Shown here in pieces: positions 18,232-27,336 of a stretch of DNA of 62,935 nt. The position numbers were made by a program, and so were the translations under genes. Numbering within the stretch: position 1 is the stretch's first letter; each line of letters begins with the position of its first letter. Below the pieces are notes generated by a model. It saw nothing but the letters and a program-made list of their open reading frames with translations, searched no databases and was not told the DNA's origin. Source of the DNA: Nitrospirota bacterium (GTDB lineage: Bacteria; Nitrospirota; UBA9217); contig JAXIPA010000177.1 in assembly GCA_045403145.1 (NCBI GenBank), positions 1 to 62,935 of the forward strand, in the 5' to 3' direction.

Positions 18232-18774
18232 GTGAAGATACTCTTTCACCTATGCTGCGCTCCCTGCGCGCTTTATCCCTACTACCGGTTGAAGGAAGAG
18301 GGGCTGGAGCCGGTGGGATTTTTTTATAATCCGAATATCCATCCGTATCTTGAATATAAACGGCGTCTTGAAACGGTCAGGGACTTTTCCGCGCGTGTCG
18401 GACTCGAAGTGCATTGCCGCGACACCTACGAACTCGATGAATTTCTCGTCCGTGTCGCCGGAAAGGGCACGCTCCGGTGTGAACATTGTTACCGGATGAG
18501 ATTGGATGCGGTGTGCGCTGCCGCGAAAAAAGAAGGGTTCCCCTCGTACACGACCTCGCTGCTTTACAGCAAATATCAGAAACATGATTTGATCAGGGGC
18601 ATCGGTCAGGAGATGGCATCGGAGCACGGTGTCGAATTCTATTATGAGGACTTCCGCAGAGGCTGGCGCGAAGGCATCGTGGAATCCAAGGCCATGGGGC
18701 TTTACCGTCAGCAGTACTGCGGATGCATCTACAGCGAACGGGACCGGTATCGCAAGGTCATCGACCGGGGCTGA
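18232..18774 (+). CDS. queH: epoxyqueuosine reductase QueH (DUF208)
   Basis: 180 aa with a GTG start. Contains LFHLCCAPCA, FFYNPNIHPY, CEHCY and QQYCGC, which is the DUF208/QueH cysteine pattern. Confidence 0.8.
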   Translation: MKILFHLCCAPCALYPYYRLKEEGLEPVGFFYNPNIHPYLEYKRRLETVRDFSARVGLEVHCRDTYELDEFLVRVAGKGTLRCEHCYRMRLDAVCAAAKKEGFPSYTTSLLYSKYQKHDLIRGIGQEMASEHGVEFYYEDFRRGWREGIVESKAMGLYRQQYCGCIYSERDRYRKVIDRG

Positions 18775-18804
18775 CGCCGGGCGGCCCGGCAATGAGCGAG
18801 GACC

Positions 18805-19881
18805 ATGCGGGTAAGGGCATTTCTTTCCATTATCGGATTTTTGTTTCTCCCCGCGTTCGTCTCCGGTTCCGAGAACATTCGCGTCGCACTGGCCGACAAC
18901 CGGAAATCAGTTGTCCTCGAGTCCCGTTCCGGCTTGATCAGGGAAGGGCGGCCTTCCAGTCACGATGAACAGCGCCTGGTGTTCACTGCGGCTTCCGTCG
19001 GCGGCAGGCCGGCGCGTATCCGTTCAGCGGGCGAGTTCATCCGGGTGAACGGCAACAGCTACCGTGGATGGATCGAACTCCGGAAAAAGTCGAACGGGCT
19101 TCTTCTGGTGATCAATGATCTTGATATTGAAGACTACCTCCCGGGGGTGATTACCTCCGAAATTCCTTCCGATTGGCAACCCGAGGCGTTGAAAGCGCAG
19201 GCCGTGGCCTCGAGAACCTATGCCTTATACGAGAAGAAGGCGGGAGGGAACAGGCCCTATCACATCCTCGCCACGGTGAAAAGTCAGGTGTATAACGGCG
19301 GAGGCGCGGAGCATCAGAACGGGACGCGGGCGGTGCGTGAAACACGCGGACTGGTCATCGTTTTCCGGGGAAAAATCATACCGTCTTTTTATCACGCAAG
19401 CTGCGGCGGCCATACGGAAAACGCGGCCGAACTCTGGGGAATCGACGAACCATATCTCAAGGGCGTGGATTGCGAGTGTCAGGAAATAGTGCGGGACGGC
19501 CTTTGGGAAACGAGAATTACGACGGCACAGGTGGCCGGCGCGCTGCGCCGGCAGGGACACGGCGTGGATACCATCCTCGACATGGGCATCGAAGGGATCA
19601 CCCCCGCTGGCCGGGTGAAAGATGTTGCCATCCGTTACCCGGGCGGAAGGAAGCTGGTTCCCGCGGAGATGCTCAGGGCCGCGGTCGGGAATACCCTGAT
19701 ACCGAGTGTTTTTTTCGAACTGGAGATGTCGTCAGGCAATCCCGTGTTTTCCGGCAGGGGGAGCGGGCATGGGGTGGGCATGTGCCAGTGGGGCGCCGAG
19801 GAAATGGCCGGGAGAGGCCATGATTTTAAGTCCATTCTGTCGCACTATTATCCCGGTACGAGTCTGATACGGATGCAGTGA
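18805..19881 (+). CDS. SpoIID/LytB domain protein (lytic transglycosylase-like)
   Basis: 358 aa with a signal peptide MRVRAFLSIIGFLFLPAFVSGS. Contains LEDYLPGVI, ALKAQAVASRTYA, SCGGHTE and GHGVGMCQWGA. Confidence 0.85.
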   Translation: MRVRAFLSIIGFLFLPAFVSGSENIRVALADNRKSVVLESRSGLIREGRPSSHDEQRLVFTAASVGGRPARIRSAGEFIRVNGNSYRGWIELRKKSNGLLLVINDLDIEDYLPGVITSEIPSDWQPEALKAQAVASRTYALYEKKAGGNRPYHILATVKSQVYNGGGAEHQNGTRAVRETRGLVIVFRGKIIPSFYHASCGGHTENAAELWGIDEPYLKGVDCECQEIVRDGLWETRITTAQVAGALRRQGHGVDTILDMGIEGITPAGRVKDVAIRYPGGRKLVPAEMLRAAVGNTLIPSVFFELEMSSGNPVFSGRGSGHGVGMCQWGAEEMAGRGHDFKSILSHYYPGTSLIRMQ

Positions 19882-19919
19882 TGCCTGAACAGGCGAGCCG
19901 GGCGGGAAAATTATTTTCC

Positions 19920-19949
19920 TTGACAGCGTAACATCCAGGCAGATAGAAT
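19920..19949 (+). promoter_or_regulatory. sigma-70-like promoter TTGACA-N18-TAGAAT
   Basis: TTGACA at 19920..19925 and TAGAAT at 19944..19949, upstream of the TPR gene. Confidence 0.4.
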
Positions 19950-20059
19950 GCGCCGTTCGTAATCATGAGGTAATGGAACTTCAGAAGAGAGTAAAGGACA
20001 ATGGTTCCGGCCTGTGCCCGCCTTGGGCTCCGTGCGGAGCAGGTCATCAGGGAGCAGCA

Positions 20060-20875
20060 ATGTCACGAATGAAGAAACAATCGAAGCAGGCCCAGGCGAC
20101 GCCTCCGGTTCAGAGCCGCAGCAGTGAATTCGTTACCGTGGCGGTCGTGTTGTCCCTCCTTCTCATCGGCGCTCTCACGGCAGCGGCCCATACGAGAAAC
20201 GCCATCTACCGGACCCACGTGACGCTCTGGGATAATGTCACCAAAATGTCGCCGAACAAGCGCAGGGCGCATGAAAATTACGGCCAGGCGCTGTCTACCG
20301 CCGGATCGCTCAGCCGGAACGCGGCCGAGGCAAGGAAACTGTATGATGAGGCGCTGCGTCAATTCCAGGCCGTGCTGTCTCTGAGAGACGACGGGAGCGT
20401 TCCCATGCGCGATCTGTACCGGGAGATCGGCGTGGTCCAGTTCCGGCTGGAACGGTATGATGAGGCCATTTCCACGTGGGAGACCGGTTTGCGCCATGCG
20501 CCCAACGATCCAAGCCTTTTGAACAACCTGTCGATCGCACTGATGCAGAAAGGCCGGTTCGCGGAGGCGGCCTCTCACGCCGAGACGGCTCTTTCCGTAG
20601 ACCCATATATGCCGCAGGCATTGAATACGCTGGGCCAGGCGTATATGGCGAAACAGGACTATGCAAAGGCGGCTGAATATTTCCTGAAGGCGATCGAGAG
20701 GGAACCTGATGTTCCCGCGCGGTATTGGAACGCGGCGCTTGCGCTGTCACAGGCGAAGAAGTATGAAGCAGCCCTCCAGTATGCGAACCGGTACGCGGCC
20801 ATGGAACAGGACCCCGCGGGACGGCAACGGGCATATGGGCTTATCGAGCTTTTGAAAAAGAATGCAGGCCGCTGA
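20060..20875 (+). CDS. membrane-anchored tetratricopeptide repeat protein
   Basis: Start placed at MSRMKKQSK (GGGAG 6 nt upstream). The ORF track starts at 19973, where the RBS spacing is poor. One TM segment is followed by 4-5 TPR-like repeats (…YGQAL…, …LNNLSIALMQKGRFAEA…, …LNTLGQAYMAKQDYAKAAEYF…). Confidence 0.7.
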   Translation: MSRMKKQSKQAQATPPVQSRSSEFVTVAVVLSLLLIGALTAAAHTRNAIYRTHVTLWDNVTKMSPNKRRAHENYGQALSTAGSLSRNAAEARKLYDEALRQFQAVLSLRDDGSVPMRDLYREIGVVQFRLERYDEAISTWETGLRHAPNDPSLLNNLSIALMQKGRFAEAASHAETALSVDPYMPQALNTLGQAYMAKQDYAKAAEYFLKAIEREPDVPARYWNAALALSQAKKYEAALQYANRYAAMEQDPAGRQRAYGLIELLKKNAGR

Positions 20876-20924
20876 CCGGTAGGACAACCCCATTCTCTGT
20901 TGCGGTCTGCCGTTATTCTTCTGA

Positions 20925-22052
20925 TTATTTCGCTTCCATCGGGCTGTAACTCACCCGGTTTCTTCCGTTCCTTTTCGATCGATAGAGCGCGTCATCCGAC
21001 TTTTTCACCAGTTCCTCCGGTTTGATTTCATCTTTCCCCGTGATACAGGCCACTCCGATGCTGATCGTTACCCGGTGTTCCGCTTTCGCGTCCGGGCCGA
21101 GAAATACCGCATCCTCAACAGCCTTTCTGAGTCGTTCGGCCACCTTCACCGCCTGGGGCAGTTCCAGTTCCGGCATGATGACGGCGAATTCCTCGCCGCC
21201 ATACCGGGAACAGACATCGATCGTGGCGCAACGGGTCTGGCTGGAAATGACTGCGGACAGTTTCTTCAGGATCGTATCACCGGCCTGATGGCCGTAGTTG
21301 TCGTTGAACTGCTTGAAGTGGTCGATGTCGAGCATCATGAGCGAAAGGGGACTATGGTTCCTTCCCCGCCGGTTGATTTCCTGCTGCAGTTTCTCCTGAA
21401 ACATCCGGTGATTGTAAAGGCCCGTGAGGCCGTCGTGCTGGGAGATCTGCTGTATCTTTTCAAAAAGGCGGGACTTCTCGATGCCGGCGGCGAGCTGGTG
21501 GGAAAGGATGGCCATAAAATCCATGTCATCGACGTTCAGCCCGAATTTCGCCGCGTTGTCCATGCCGATTACACCGATGGTGGCGTTGTGCACCTTGAGG
21601 GCAATGCCCATGTAGGACCCGCCGCGTTTTTGTTCTTCCGGGTGGTGGATGAAATTGCCGGAGGTTTCGTAGAAAACCGACAGATCGTGAATATGCACGT
21701 GCTCGCCGTTTTCGACTACCCGTCCGGGTGTCCCTTTGCCGATGGGAAGGGCGATTTTCCGGGTCAGATCGAGGCCGCTGTAATAAACCAGCTCAAGCAA
21801 TTTCTGCGTCTCGTCGAGAAGGTATACCGAGATGCGTTCGATGGGGAGAGATTTTTTGATGATGCCGGTGACCTGCCGGAGCATCTCCTGGAGGTCGTGG
21901 ATCGATCCGATGGTCCGTGAAATATGGTAATGGACGTATATTTCGTCCAGTTTTTTTTCGAGCAGGTCGCCCAGCGCTTTTTCATGGGCGCGGGCCTGTT
22001 TTAACTCCTCTTCGAGTTCTTCAATTTTCGGTGTAGTGCATTCATTGGCCAT
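20925..22052 (-). CDS. GAF domain-containing diguanylate cyclase (GGDEF)
   Basis: 375 aa. It has an N-terminal coiled segment and a GAF-like region. The C-terminal DGLTGLYNHR...RYGGEEFAV... carries the GGEEF active site. Confidence 0.88.
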   Translation of the reverse strand: MANECTTPKIEELEEELKQARAHEKALGDLLEKKLDEIYVHYHISRTIGSIHDLQEMLRQVTGIIKKSLPIERISVYLLDETQKLLELVYYSGLDLTRKIALPIGKGTPGRVVENGEHVHIHDLSVFYETSGNFIHHPEEQKRGGSYMGIALKVHNATIGVIGMDNAAKFGLNVDDMDFMAILSHQLAAGIEKSRLFEKIQQISQHDGLTGLYNHRMFQEKLQQEINRRGRNHSPLSLMMLDIDHFKQFNDNYGHQAGDTILKKLSAVISSQTRCATIDVCSRYGGEEFAVIMPELELPQAVKVAERLRKAVEDAVFLGPDAKAEHRVTISIGVACITGKDEIKPEELVKKSDDALYRSKRNGRNRVSYSPMEAK

Positions 22053-22116
22053 GGGTAACCCGGTTGTCTTTCAGCTGCCAGCGGGACGTTTCCGCGGCCC
22101 GTCGGTCGTTATGAGG

Positions 22117-22860
22117 CTACTGTGTTTTCGGCTGCGCAGGCTGGATCGGGGTCGTCTTGGGCTGTGCCGCGGGGGCAGCCGGCGGAGGCCCCTGTTTTAA
22201 CGCAACCGCCGGCCCGACAAGCGGGTTCTCTATGGTGATGACTGTTTTGCGGGACTTCAAGGTGAACCCGATTTCAGGGCGTTTTGACGAGTAGGCCGCG
22301 GCAATGAGGACATCATGGCTTACGCCGTTTTTCTCAAGATGTTTTATCAGGACCTCCGACCGGTCCGCTGCGAGCGTCCTCGCTTCCTTTGGCGGGATTT
22401 TCTTTCTACCCTTGCCCTGAGCCGGAACGGCTTCGGTGGTGTTCCCGATCATGATCTCCCTGCCCTTCAACTCGTTGCTTTTGAGCAGTGACTCGAGCTT
22501 CAGGAGAAGCTGCTTGCTTTCCTTCGCAAAGGTGTAGGATCCGGGCATATACAGCGCATCTTCTGCAATGTTCACGATAACCTTGCTGCCCGCGGAGAGC
22601 ACTTCAGCCTTGCCCCCTTTGATTTCATCCGCCAGCCCCGCGCTTAGAACGTCAAGGGCCGGATTCAGCCACGCCTTTTCCCCGCTCTCCCTCTCCTTGT
22701 GTTTTTTCAGCTCGGTTTTCGTCCTGTCGAGCTCGTTCATGCCGCCTTTCATTTTTTCATACTCCGCGGCCATCGGCTGATACGTTTTTTGATAAAATAC
22801 CGCGGCGGCGCCGAGCGCAGCCAGGAACAGCGCCAGTAAAACGGACGAAACGATTTTCAT
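22117..22860 (-). CDS. membrane-anchored hypothetical protein with weak OmpA/MotB C-terminal-like region
   Basis: Starts MKIVSSVLLALFLAALGAAAVF (signal anchor). It has a coiled region and a P/A-rich tail. The similarity to OmpA-like domains (…RSEVLIKHLEKNGVSHDVLIAAAY…) is only impressionistic. Confidence 0.4.
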   Translation of the reverse strand: MKIVSSVLLALFLAALGAAAVFYQKTYQPMAAEYEKMKGGMNELDRTKTELKKHKERESGEKAWLNPALDVLSAGLADEIKGGKAEVLSAGSKVIVNIAEDALYMPGSYTFAKESKQLLLKLESLLKSNELKGREIMIGNTTEAVPAQGKGRKKIPPKEARTLAADRSEVLIKHLEKNGVSHDVLIAAAYSSKRPEIGFTLKSRKTVITIENPLVGPAVALKQGPPPAAPAAQPKTTPIQPAQPKTQ

Positions 22861-22903
22861 GGTCATATACCCCCTTATAATAAACGACAGCACCGAGACG
22901 CCG

Positions 22904-24097
22904 CTATCGGAGCATGCTCAGCGTCTTTTCTATCCGGTCCAGCCCCTTTTGGATGCCCTCCATGGACGTTGCATAAGAAAGGCGGATGTACGCGTCCGCG
23001 CCGAAGGCATCTCCCGATACGAGGGCGACCTTCGCCTCGTCGAGCAAAAGGGCGGCAAGATCGGACGAATTCCTGATGACCTTGCCGTTTGCGTTCTTCC
23101 CGAACAGCGCGGACACCCGCGGGAAGGCGTAAAAAGCGCCCACGGGCATCAGGCAGGATACCCCGTTCATGCGGTTCAGCCGGTCCACCATGTATTTTCT
23201 GCGCTTGTCGAATTCAACGTTCATGGCCTGGATGAAATCCTGGGGACCGCGAAGCGCCTCGACCGCCGCCTTCTGCGAAATGGACGCGGGATTCGAGGTG
23301 CTCTGGCTCTGGATGTTCGCCATGGCGGTAATCACGTCTTTGGGGCCCGCGGCATAGCCGATCCGCCAGCCGGTCATGGCGTGCGACTTGGACACGCCGT
23401 TCACGACGATCGTCAGATTCTTTATCTCCGAGCCCAACGAGGCGATGCTCGTGTGCGTGAATCCGTCGTAAATGAGTTTTTCATAGATTTCATCGGAGAT
23501 CACATAGATGCTATGCTTGACCGCAACCGCGGCGATGTCTTCGAGCGTTTTTTTGTCGTAAGCCAGGCCGGTGGGGTTTGAAGGGCTGTTCAGGATCAGC
23601 GCCTTGGTTTTTCCGGTAATGGCGTTTTCGAGTTGACTCGCGGAGAGCTTGAAACCCTCATCTTCGGTGGTCTCTACGATGACGGGTGTCGCGTCGTTCA
23701 AAAGCACCTGGTCCGGATAAGAAACCCAGTAGGGAGAGGGGATGATGACCTCGTCACCGGGGTCGAACAACGCTTCCGCGATATTGTAGAGACTGTGTTT
23801 CGCCCCGCAGGAGACGAGTATCTGGGCCTTCTCATACTGCAGGCCATTGTCCCTCTTGAATTTTTCAACGATCGCTTCCTTGAGTTCGTCGGTCCCGCCG
23901 GCCGGCGTGTATTTGGTGAAGCCCGATCGGATCGCCTGAATGCCGGCCTCCTTGACATTGTCCGGCGTGTCGAAGTCCGGCTCGCCGACGCCGAAATCCA
24001 CGACGTCGATTCCCTGCGCCTTCATGGCTTTCGCTTTTGCGGCCGTCGCCAGGGTGGGGGAGGGTTTGATGGCCTGCGCCCGTTTCGCAATTCCCAT
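22904..24097 (-). CDS. aspC: aspartate aminotransferase (class I PLP aminotransferase)
   Basis: This is the C-terminal 397 aa of the 900-aa ORF. It starts MGIAKRAQAIKPSPTLA and contains VDFGVGEPDFDTP, NSPSNPTG and SKSHAMTGWRIGY (PLP lysine). The upstream 500 aa of that ORF is antisense to cbiM/DUF360 and was discarded. Confidence 0.88.
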   Translation of the reverse strand: MGIAKRAQAIKPSPTLATAAKAKAMKAQGIDVVDFGVGEPDFDTPDNVKEAGIQAIRSGFTKYTPAGGTDELKEAIVEKFKRDNGLQYEKAQILVSCGAKHSLYNIAEALFDPGDEVIIPSPYWVSYPDQVLLNDATPVIVETTEDEGFKLSASQLENAITGKTKALILNSPSNPTGLAYDKKTLEDIAAVAVKHSIYVISDEIYEKLIYDGFTHTSIASLGSEIKNLTIVVNGVSKSHAMTGWRIGYAAGPKDVITAMANIQSQSTSNPASISQKAAVEALRGPQDFIQAMNVEFDKRRKYMVDRLNRMNGVSCLMPVGAFYAFPRVSALFGKNANGKVIRNSSDLAALLLDEAKVALVSGDAFGADAYIRLSYATSMEGIQKGLDRIEKTLSMLR

Positions 24098-24278
24098 GCT
24101 GATACACTGCCCTTTCATTCGATAAAGTGTGCCGCGATGTTTGAATTTTTTAGCATAGAAGTTACGTAAAGTCAACGAGTTTCTTGGGGCGTGACGCTCC
24201 TTGCGCCGCGCGCCGCCGCAGCGCCGAAGGCTGAAATCTCTTCCCGCTGCACAGCGCGCCCTGCGCGCGACTCCGATG

Positions 24279-24307
24279 TTGCAATGGGGGAGGAAGTATG
24301 ATACTAT
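24279..24307 (+). promoter_or_regulatory. sigma-70-like promoter TTGCAA-N17-TACTAT
   Basis: TTGCAA at 24279..24284 and TACTAT at 24302..24307. It lies 20 nt upstream of the GGAGG-ATG at 24329. Confidence 0.35.
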
Positions 24308-24328
24308 TTTTTCATTTGCGGAGGTTTC

Positions 24329-24715
24329 ATGTTCGGTTTTTTTCTGCGCTGGTCCGTCAATCTGCTGGCGCTGGTAATCGCGGGGTCGCTGATCCCGGGG
24401 ATCAGGATACAGAGCATCGAAATGGGAATTATCGCAGCCGGCATCCTCGGCATCGTGAACGCGGTGATCAGGCCTGTAGTGCTGATTCTTACCCTTCCGA
24501 TCAATCTTCTTACCCTCGGGTTGTTTACCCTGGTGATCAACGCGGCTTTGCTGAAACTCGTCTCCGACCTTGTACCCGGGTTCGTTATCGAATCGTTCGG
24601 GGCCGCGTTCCTCGGCGCCCTGCTGGTCAGCCTCATCAGCTGGGTCCTGAATCTGTTTATCGGCGGCGACGGCAGGTTCGTCTTCATCAAGCGGGCGGGC
24701 AAGGGCGATAAATAA
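24329..24715 (+). CDS. DUF360 (YvlD / phage holin family IV-like) small membrane protein
   Basis: 128 aa with four hydrophobic segments. The pattern LLALVIA...GIVNAVIRPVVLILTLPINLLTLGLFTLVINA is typical of this family. Confidence 0.7.
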   Translation: MFGFFLRWSVNLLALVIAGSLIPGIRIQSIEMGIIAAGILGIVNAVIRPVVLILTLPINLLTLGLFTLVINAALLKLVSDLVPGFVIESFGAAFLGALLVSLISWVLNLFIGGDGRFVFIKRAGKGDK

Positions 24716-24832
24716 CGGAAGACAGAGTACGGGAGACTGCACACGGAGGACGGGAGGCGAATTTTTTAGTTCAGTGTGTCCTCGGCGTCTGTCATCTGAT
24801 TCCTGTATTGCAGAAAGGCCCCAATGACCCAC

Positions 24833-25546
24833 ATGCATATACCTGACGGCATTCTGCCCGTCGGCCTCTGGATCGTCGGCTTCATCATCATGTTTCTGGC
24901 CATGGGGATCAGCCTGCACCGGCTCAGGAACAGCGACCAGAAAAAGAAGATCCCGCTTCTGGGCGCCATCAGCGCGGCCATGCTGGTGGCCATGAGTCTC
25001 GAGATTTTTCCGATCGCCTATCACATCAACCTGTCGGTCGTTGCCGGCATTCTCCTCGGCCCGGCTCTCGGTTTCCTTGCGGCATTCATCACGAACCTGA
25101 TGCTGGCGCTCATGGGGCACGGCGGCATCACCGTGATGGGACTCAATACGCTGCTCCTCGGGGTGGAGGTGATCGTGGGGCACACCCTGTTTTACGCTCT
25201 GCACAGGCGGCTGCCGGTGTTCTGGCGGGCCGCGGCAGCCACCGTGCTGACACTCTTCCTTACGACGCTGGTCCTGATCGGGATCGTGGCCGCTTCCAAT
25301 GTTGATCCTGAACTCTTCCACGATGCGGGGGAGCACGCGGCAGCCGGGCACGGCGAGCGCCACGAGGACCTCATATCCGTATCGCGTTTTGCCTCCATAG
25401 CGCTGTCGCTCGGTTTTTTCGGATGGCTCATCGAAGCCGCGATCACGGGCTCGGTCATTTCGTTCATCGCCCGGGTGAAGCCCGATCTGCTCGTACATGT
25501 GCTGCATCGCGAAGAGCCGGCGCCGGGCGGGAGGGCCGCGCGGTGA
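24833..25546 (+). CDS. cbiM: ECF transporter substrate-capture component CbiM/NikM (cobalt or nickel)
   Basis: Start set to the second ATG so the mature N-terminus is MHIPDG. This Met-His N-terminus is metal-ligating in CbiM/NikM. The protein is polytopic and has a His-rich loop HDAGEHAAAGHGERHED. Confidence 0.8.
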   Translation: MHIPDGILPVGLWIVGFIIMFLAMGISLHRLRNSDQKKKIPLLGAISAAMLVAMSLEIFPIAYHINLSVVAGILLGPALGFLAAFITNLMLALMGHGGITVMGLNTLLLGVEVIVGHTLFYALHRRLPVFWRAAAATVLTLFLTTLVLIGIVAASNVDPELFHDAGEHAAAGHGERHEDLISVSRFASIALSLGFFGWLIEAAITGSVISFIARVKPDLLVHVLHREEPAPGGRAAR

Positions 25547-26247
25547 TCGATGTTGCGCGGATTGACCACTGGGCGGCAAGCGGTTCCGGCCCCCTTCACC
25601 GGGCATCGCCGGCCGGTAAAGTCGTTTTCCTGCTGCTCGTGGTGACCGCGGCGGTTCTTGCGAAGAACCCCTATGCCCTCCTGGCGGGTTATTGCGTGCT
25701 GCTCGTCGTGGCGGCCGCGTCGGGGCTTCCGTGGACCAGGGTCATGGCGCTCTCCTGGTATGCCGCCGTCTTCGCGCTGTTGTACAGCCTCAGCATCCGC
25801 GGCGGGTTCTGGATCCGGGCGCTCTTTATCGTGAAGGCAATCACCCCTTCCTGCGCCGTGTTGATGCTTATCGTGAGCACGCCGTATCCGAAAATATTTT
25901 CCCTGCTGAGCGCGGTCCTCCCCGAGATTCTCGCGGCGGGCTTATTTATGACCTATCGGACGTTATTCATCCTCCTGGACATGATGGGTAACTTTGCGGC
26001 GGCCATCCGGCTGCGCGGCGGGTTCTCGCCGGGCAGTCTGTACAAAAACAGCGCCAACATCTCGCGGGGAATCGCCATGCTGCTTGTGCGGGCCGTGGAA
26101 CGGTCCTCGCGTCTCTATGCGGTCATGGTGGTGCGGGGATACAACGGCAGCATGGCGGAAGCGGGCGGTATCCGTCTGCGACGGGCTGACTGGCTGCCGA
26201 TTCTGACGGGGATGACGGTGCTGACGCTGGTTTTGACCTGGAAGTAA
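25543..26247 (+). CDS. cbiQ: ECF transporter transmembrane component CbiQ
   Basis: GTG start overlapping the cbiM stop (GTGA). Polytopic, with the conserved region ...RTLFILLDMMGNFAAAIRLRG... in the position expected for the CbiQ/EcfT motif. Located between cbiM and cbiO. Confidence 0.75.
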   Translation: MIDVARIDHWAASGSGPLHRASPAGKVVFLLLVVTAAVLAKNPYALLAGYCVLLVVAAASGLPWTRVMALSWYAAVFALLYSLSIRGGFWIRALFIVKAITPSCAVLMLIVSTPYPKIFSLLSAVLPEILAAGLFMTYRTLFILLDMMGNFAAAIRLRGGFSPGSLYKNSANISRGIAMLLVRAVERSSRLYAVMVVRGYNGSMAEAGGIRLRRADWLPILTGMTVLTLVLTWK

Positions 26248-26276
26248 ACTACGCTGCGCCTGATCGAGCGCGGTCG

Positions 26277-27164
26277 ATGATAATCATGAACAGTAATCCA
26301 TTGCCTCATATACCCGCTCCCGGGAGCGCCGCGGACGTCATCGTCAGAGTGAGCTGTCTCAAGCACATCTATCCGGACACGACCGAGATTCATATGTGCG
26401 GTCTTGATTTCGTTGTGAACCGGGGGGAACGGGTCGCGATCCTCGGCGGCAACGGCTCGGGAAAAACGACGCTGCTGTACCACATCCTCGGACTGCTTGC
26501 CCCCAATGAAGGCAGGGTTGCCGTTTTCGGGGTCAACCCCGCAGAACAGTACAACACGATCCGGGAACGGATCGGCGTGCTCTTGCAGAACGTGGACGAT
26601 CAGATCTTATCGCCCACCGTCTGGGACGACATATCCTTCTCGCCCAGAAATTACGGGTACGGGAAGGAGGAGACCAGCCGGATGGTCGAGCGGGTTCTGG
26701 CGGAGCTTGGAATAGAGCATATGCGCGACAAGATATGCCACTACCTTTCCGGTGGAGAAAAAAGAAAGGTGGCGCTCGCCGGCGCGCTCGTCATGCGTCC
26801 CGAGTTGCTGATCCTGGACGAGCCCTTCGAAGGACTCGATAACCGGTCCCGGACCGAGCTGGTGACGCTCCTGAATGCGTTCAACCGGGAAGGCATAACC
26901 ATCGTTATGTCCACGCACGACCTGAACCTGGTCGCCGCGTTCGCTGACCGCGTGTATGTCCTCGCCCGGGGGCATGGCGCGATAACCGCGGGAACTCCGG
27001 CGGATATTTTTCTGCAGGTCGAGGCATTAAGGGCGTCGAATATCGATCCGCCGCTGCTCACGGAACTTTTCCTCAAGCTTCGCGAGCGGGGCGTCGCCGT
27101 AGAGGTGCCGATACATATTGAACAGGCAGTGGACGATCTGGTCCGTCTGGTGCGGAACCGATAG
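26277..27164 (+). CDS. cbiO: ECF transporter ATPase CbiO
   Basis: 295 aa. Walker A GGNGSGKTT, ABC signature LSGGEKRKVA, Walker B LLILDEP. Confidence 0.88.
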   Translation: MIIMNSNPLPHIPAPGSAADVIVRVSCLKHIYPDTTEIHMCGLDFVVNRGERVAILGGNGSGKTTLLYHILGLLAPNEGRVAVFGVNPAEQYNTIRERIGVLLQNVDDQILSPTVWDDISFSPRNYGYGKEETSRMVERVLAELGIEHMRDKICHYLSGGEKRKVALAGALVMRPELLILDEPFEGLDNRSRTELVTLLNAFNREGITIVMSTHDLNLVAAFADRVYVLARGHGAITAGTPADIFLQVEALRASNIDPPLLTELFLKLRERGVAVEVPIHIEQAVDDLVRLVRNR

Positions 27165-27336
27165 CCGTTCAGATTGATTTTATTGAACCACAGACGGCTG
27201 CGCCGCACACGGATAAAGGCTAAAATGCACAACGGATGCAAACCTGCATTCATTGCGGTTTGGCCTGCATTGTTGTGAACAGGCAAGTTGATAGTCCGGC
27301 CGGGTGAACCCGGCCCGGGAAAAGGAGGAACGAAGC

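Noticed and set aside
24329-24715. The 'phage holin family IV' type protein as evidence for a prophage.
   Set aside because: DUF360/YvlD proteins are common chromosomal membrane proteins. No phage structural, integrase or lysis genes are nearby.
24716-24832. A cobalamin or NiCo riboswitch, or a NikR box, upstream of cbiM.
   Set aside because: I could not find the conserved B12-box-like core or a GTATGA-N16-TCATAC-like palindrome by eye. This needs a covariance-model search, so it is left unreported as a feature.
24098-25606. The N-terminal ~500 aa of the 900-aa minus-strand ORF 22904..25606.
   Set aside because: It is antisense to the well-supported DUF360 and cbiM genes. It is extremely rich in R/H/D/E/Q/P and has no recognisable motif. 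It exists only because high GC suppresses stop codons. The real gene is the aminotransferase, from ATG 24097.
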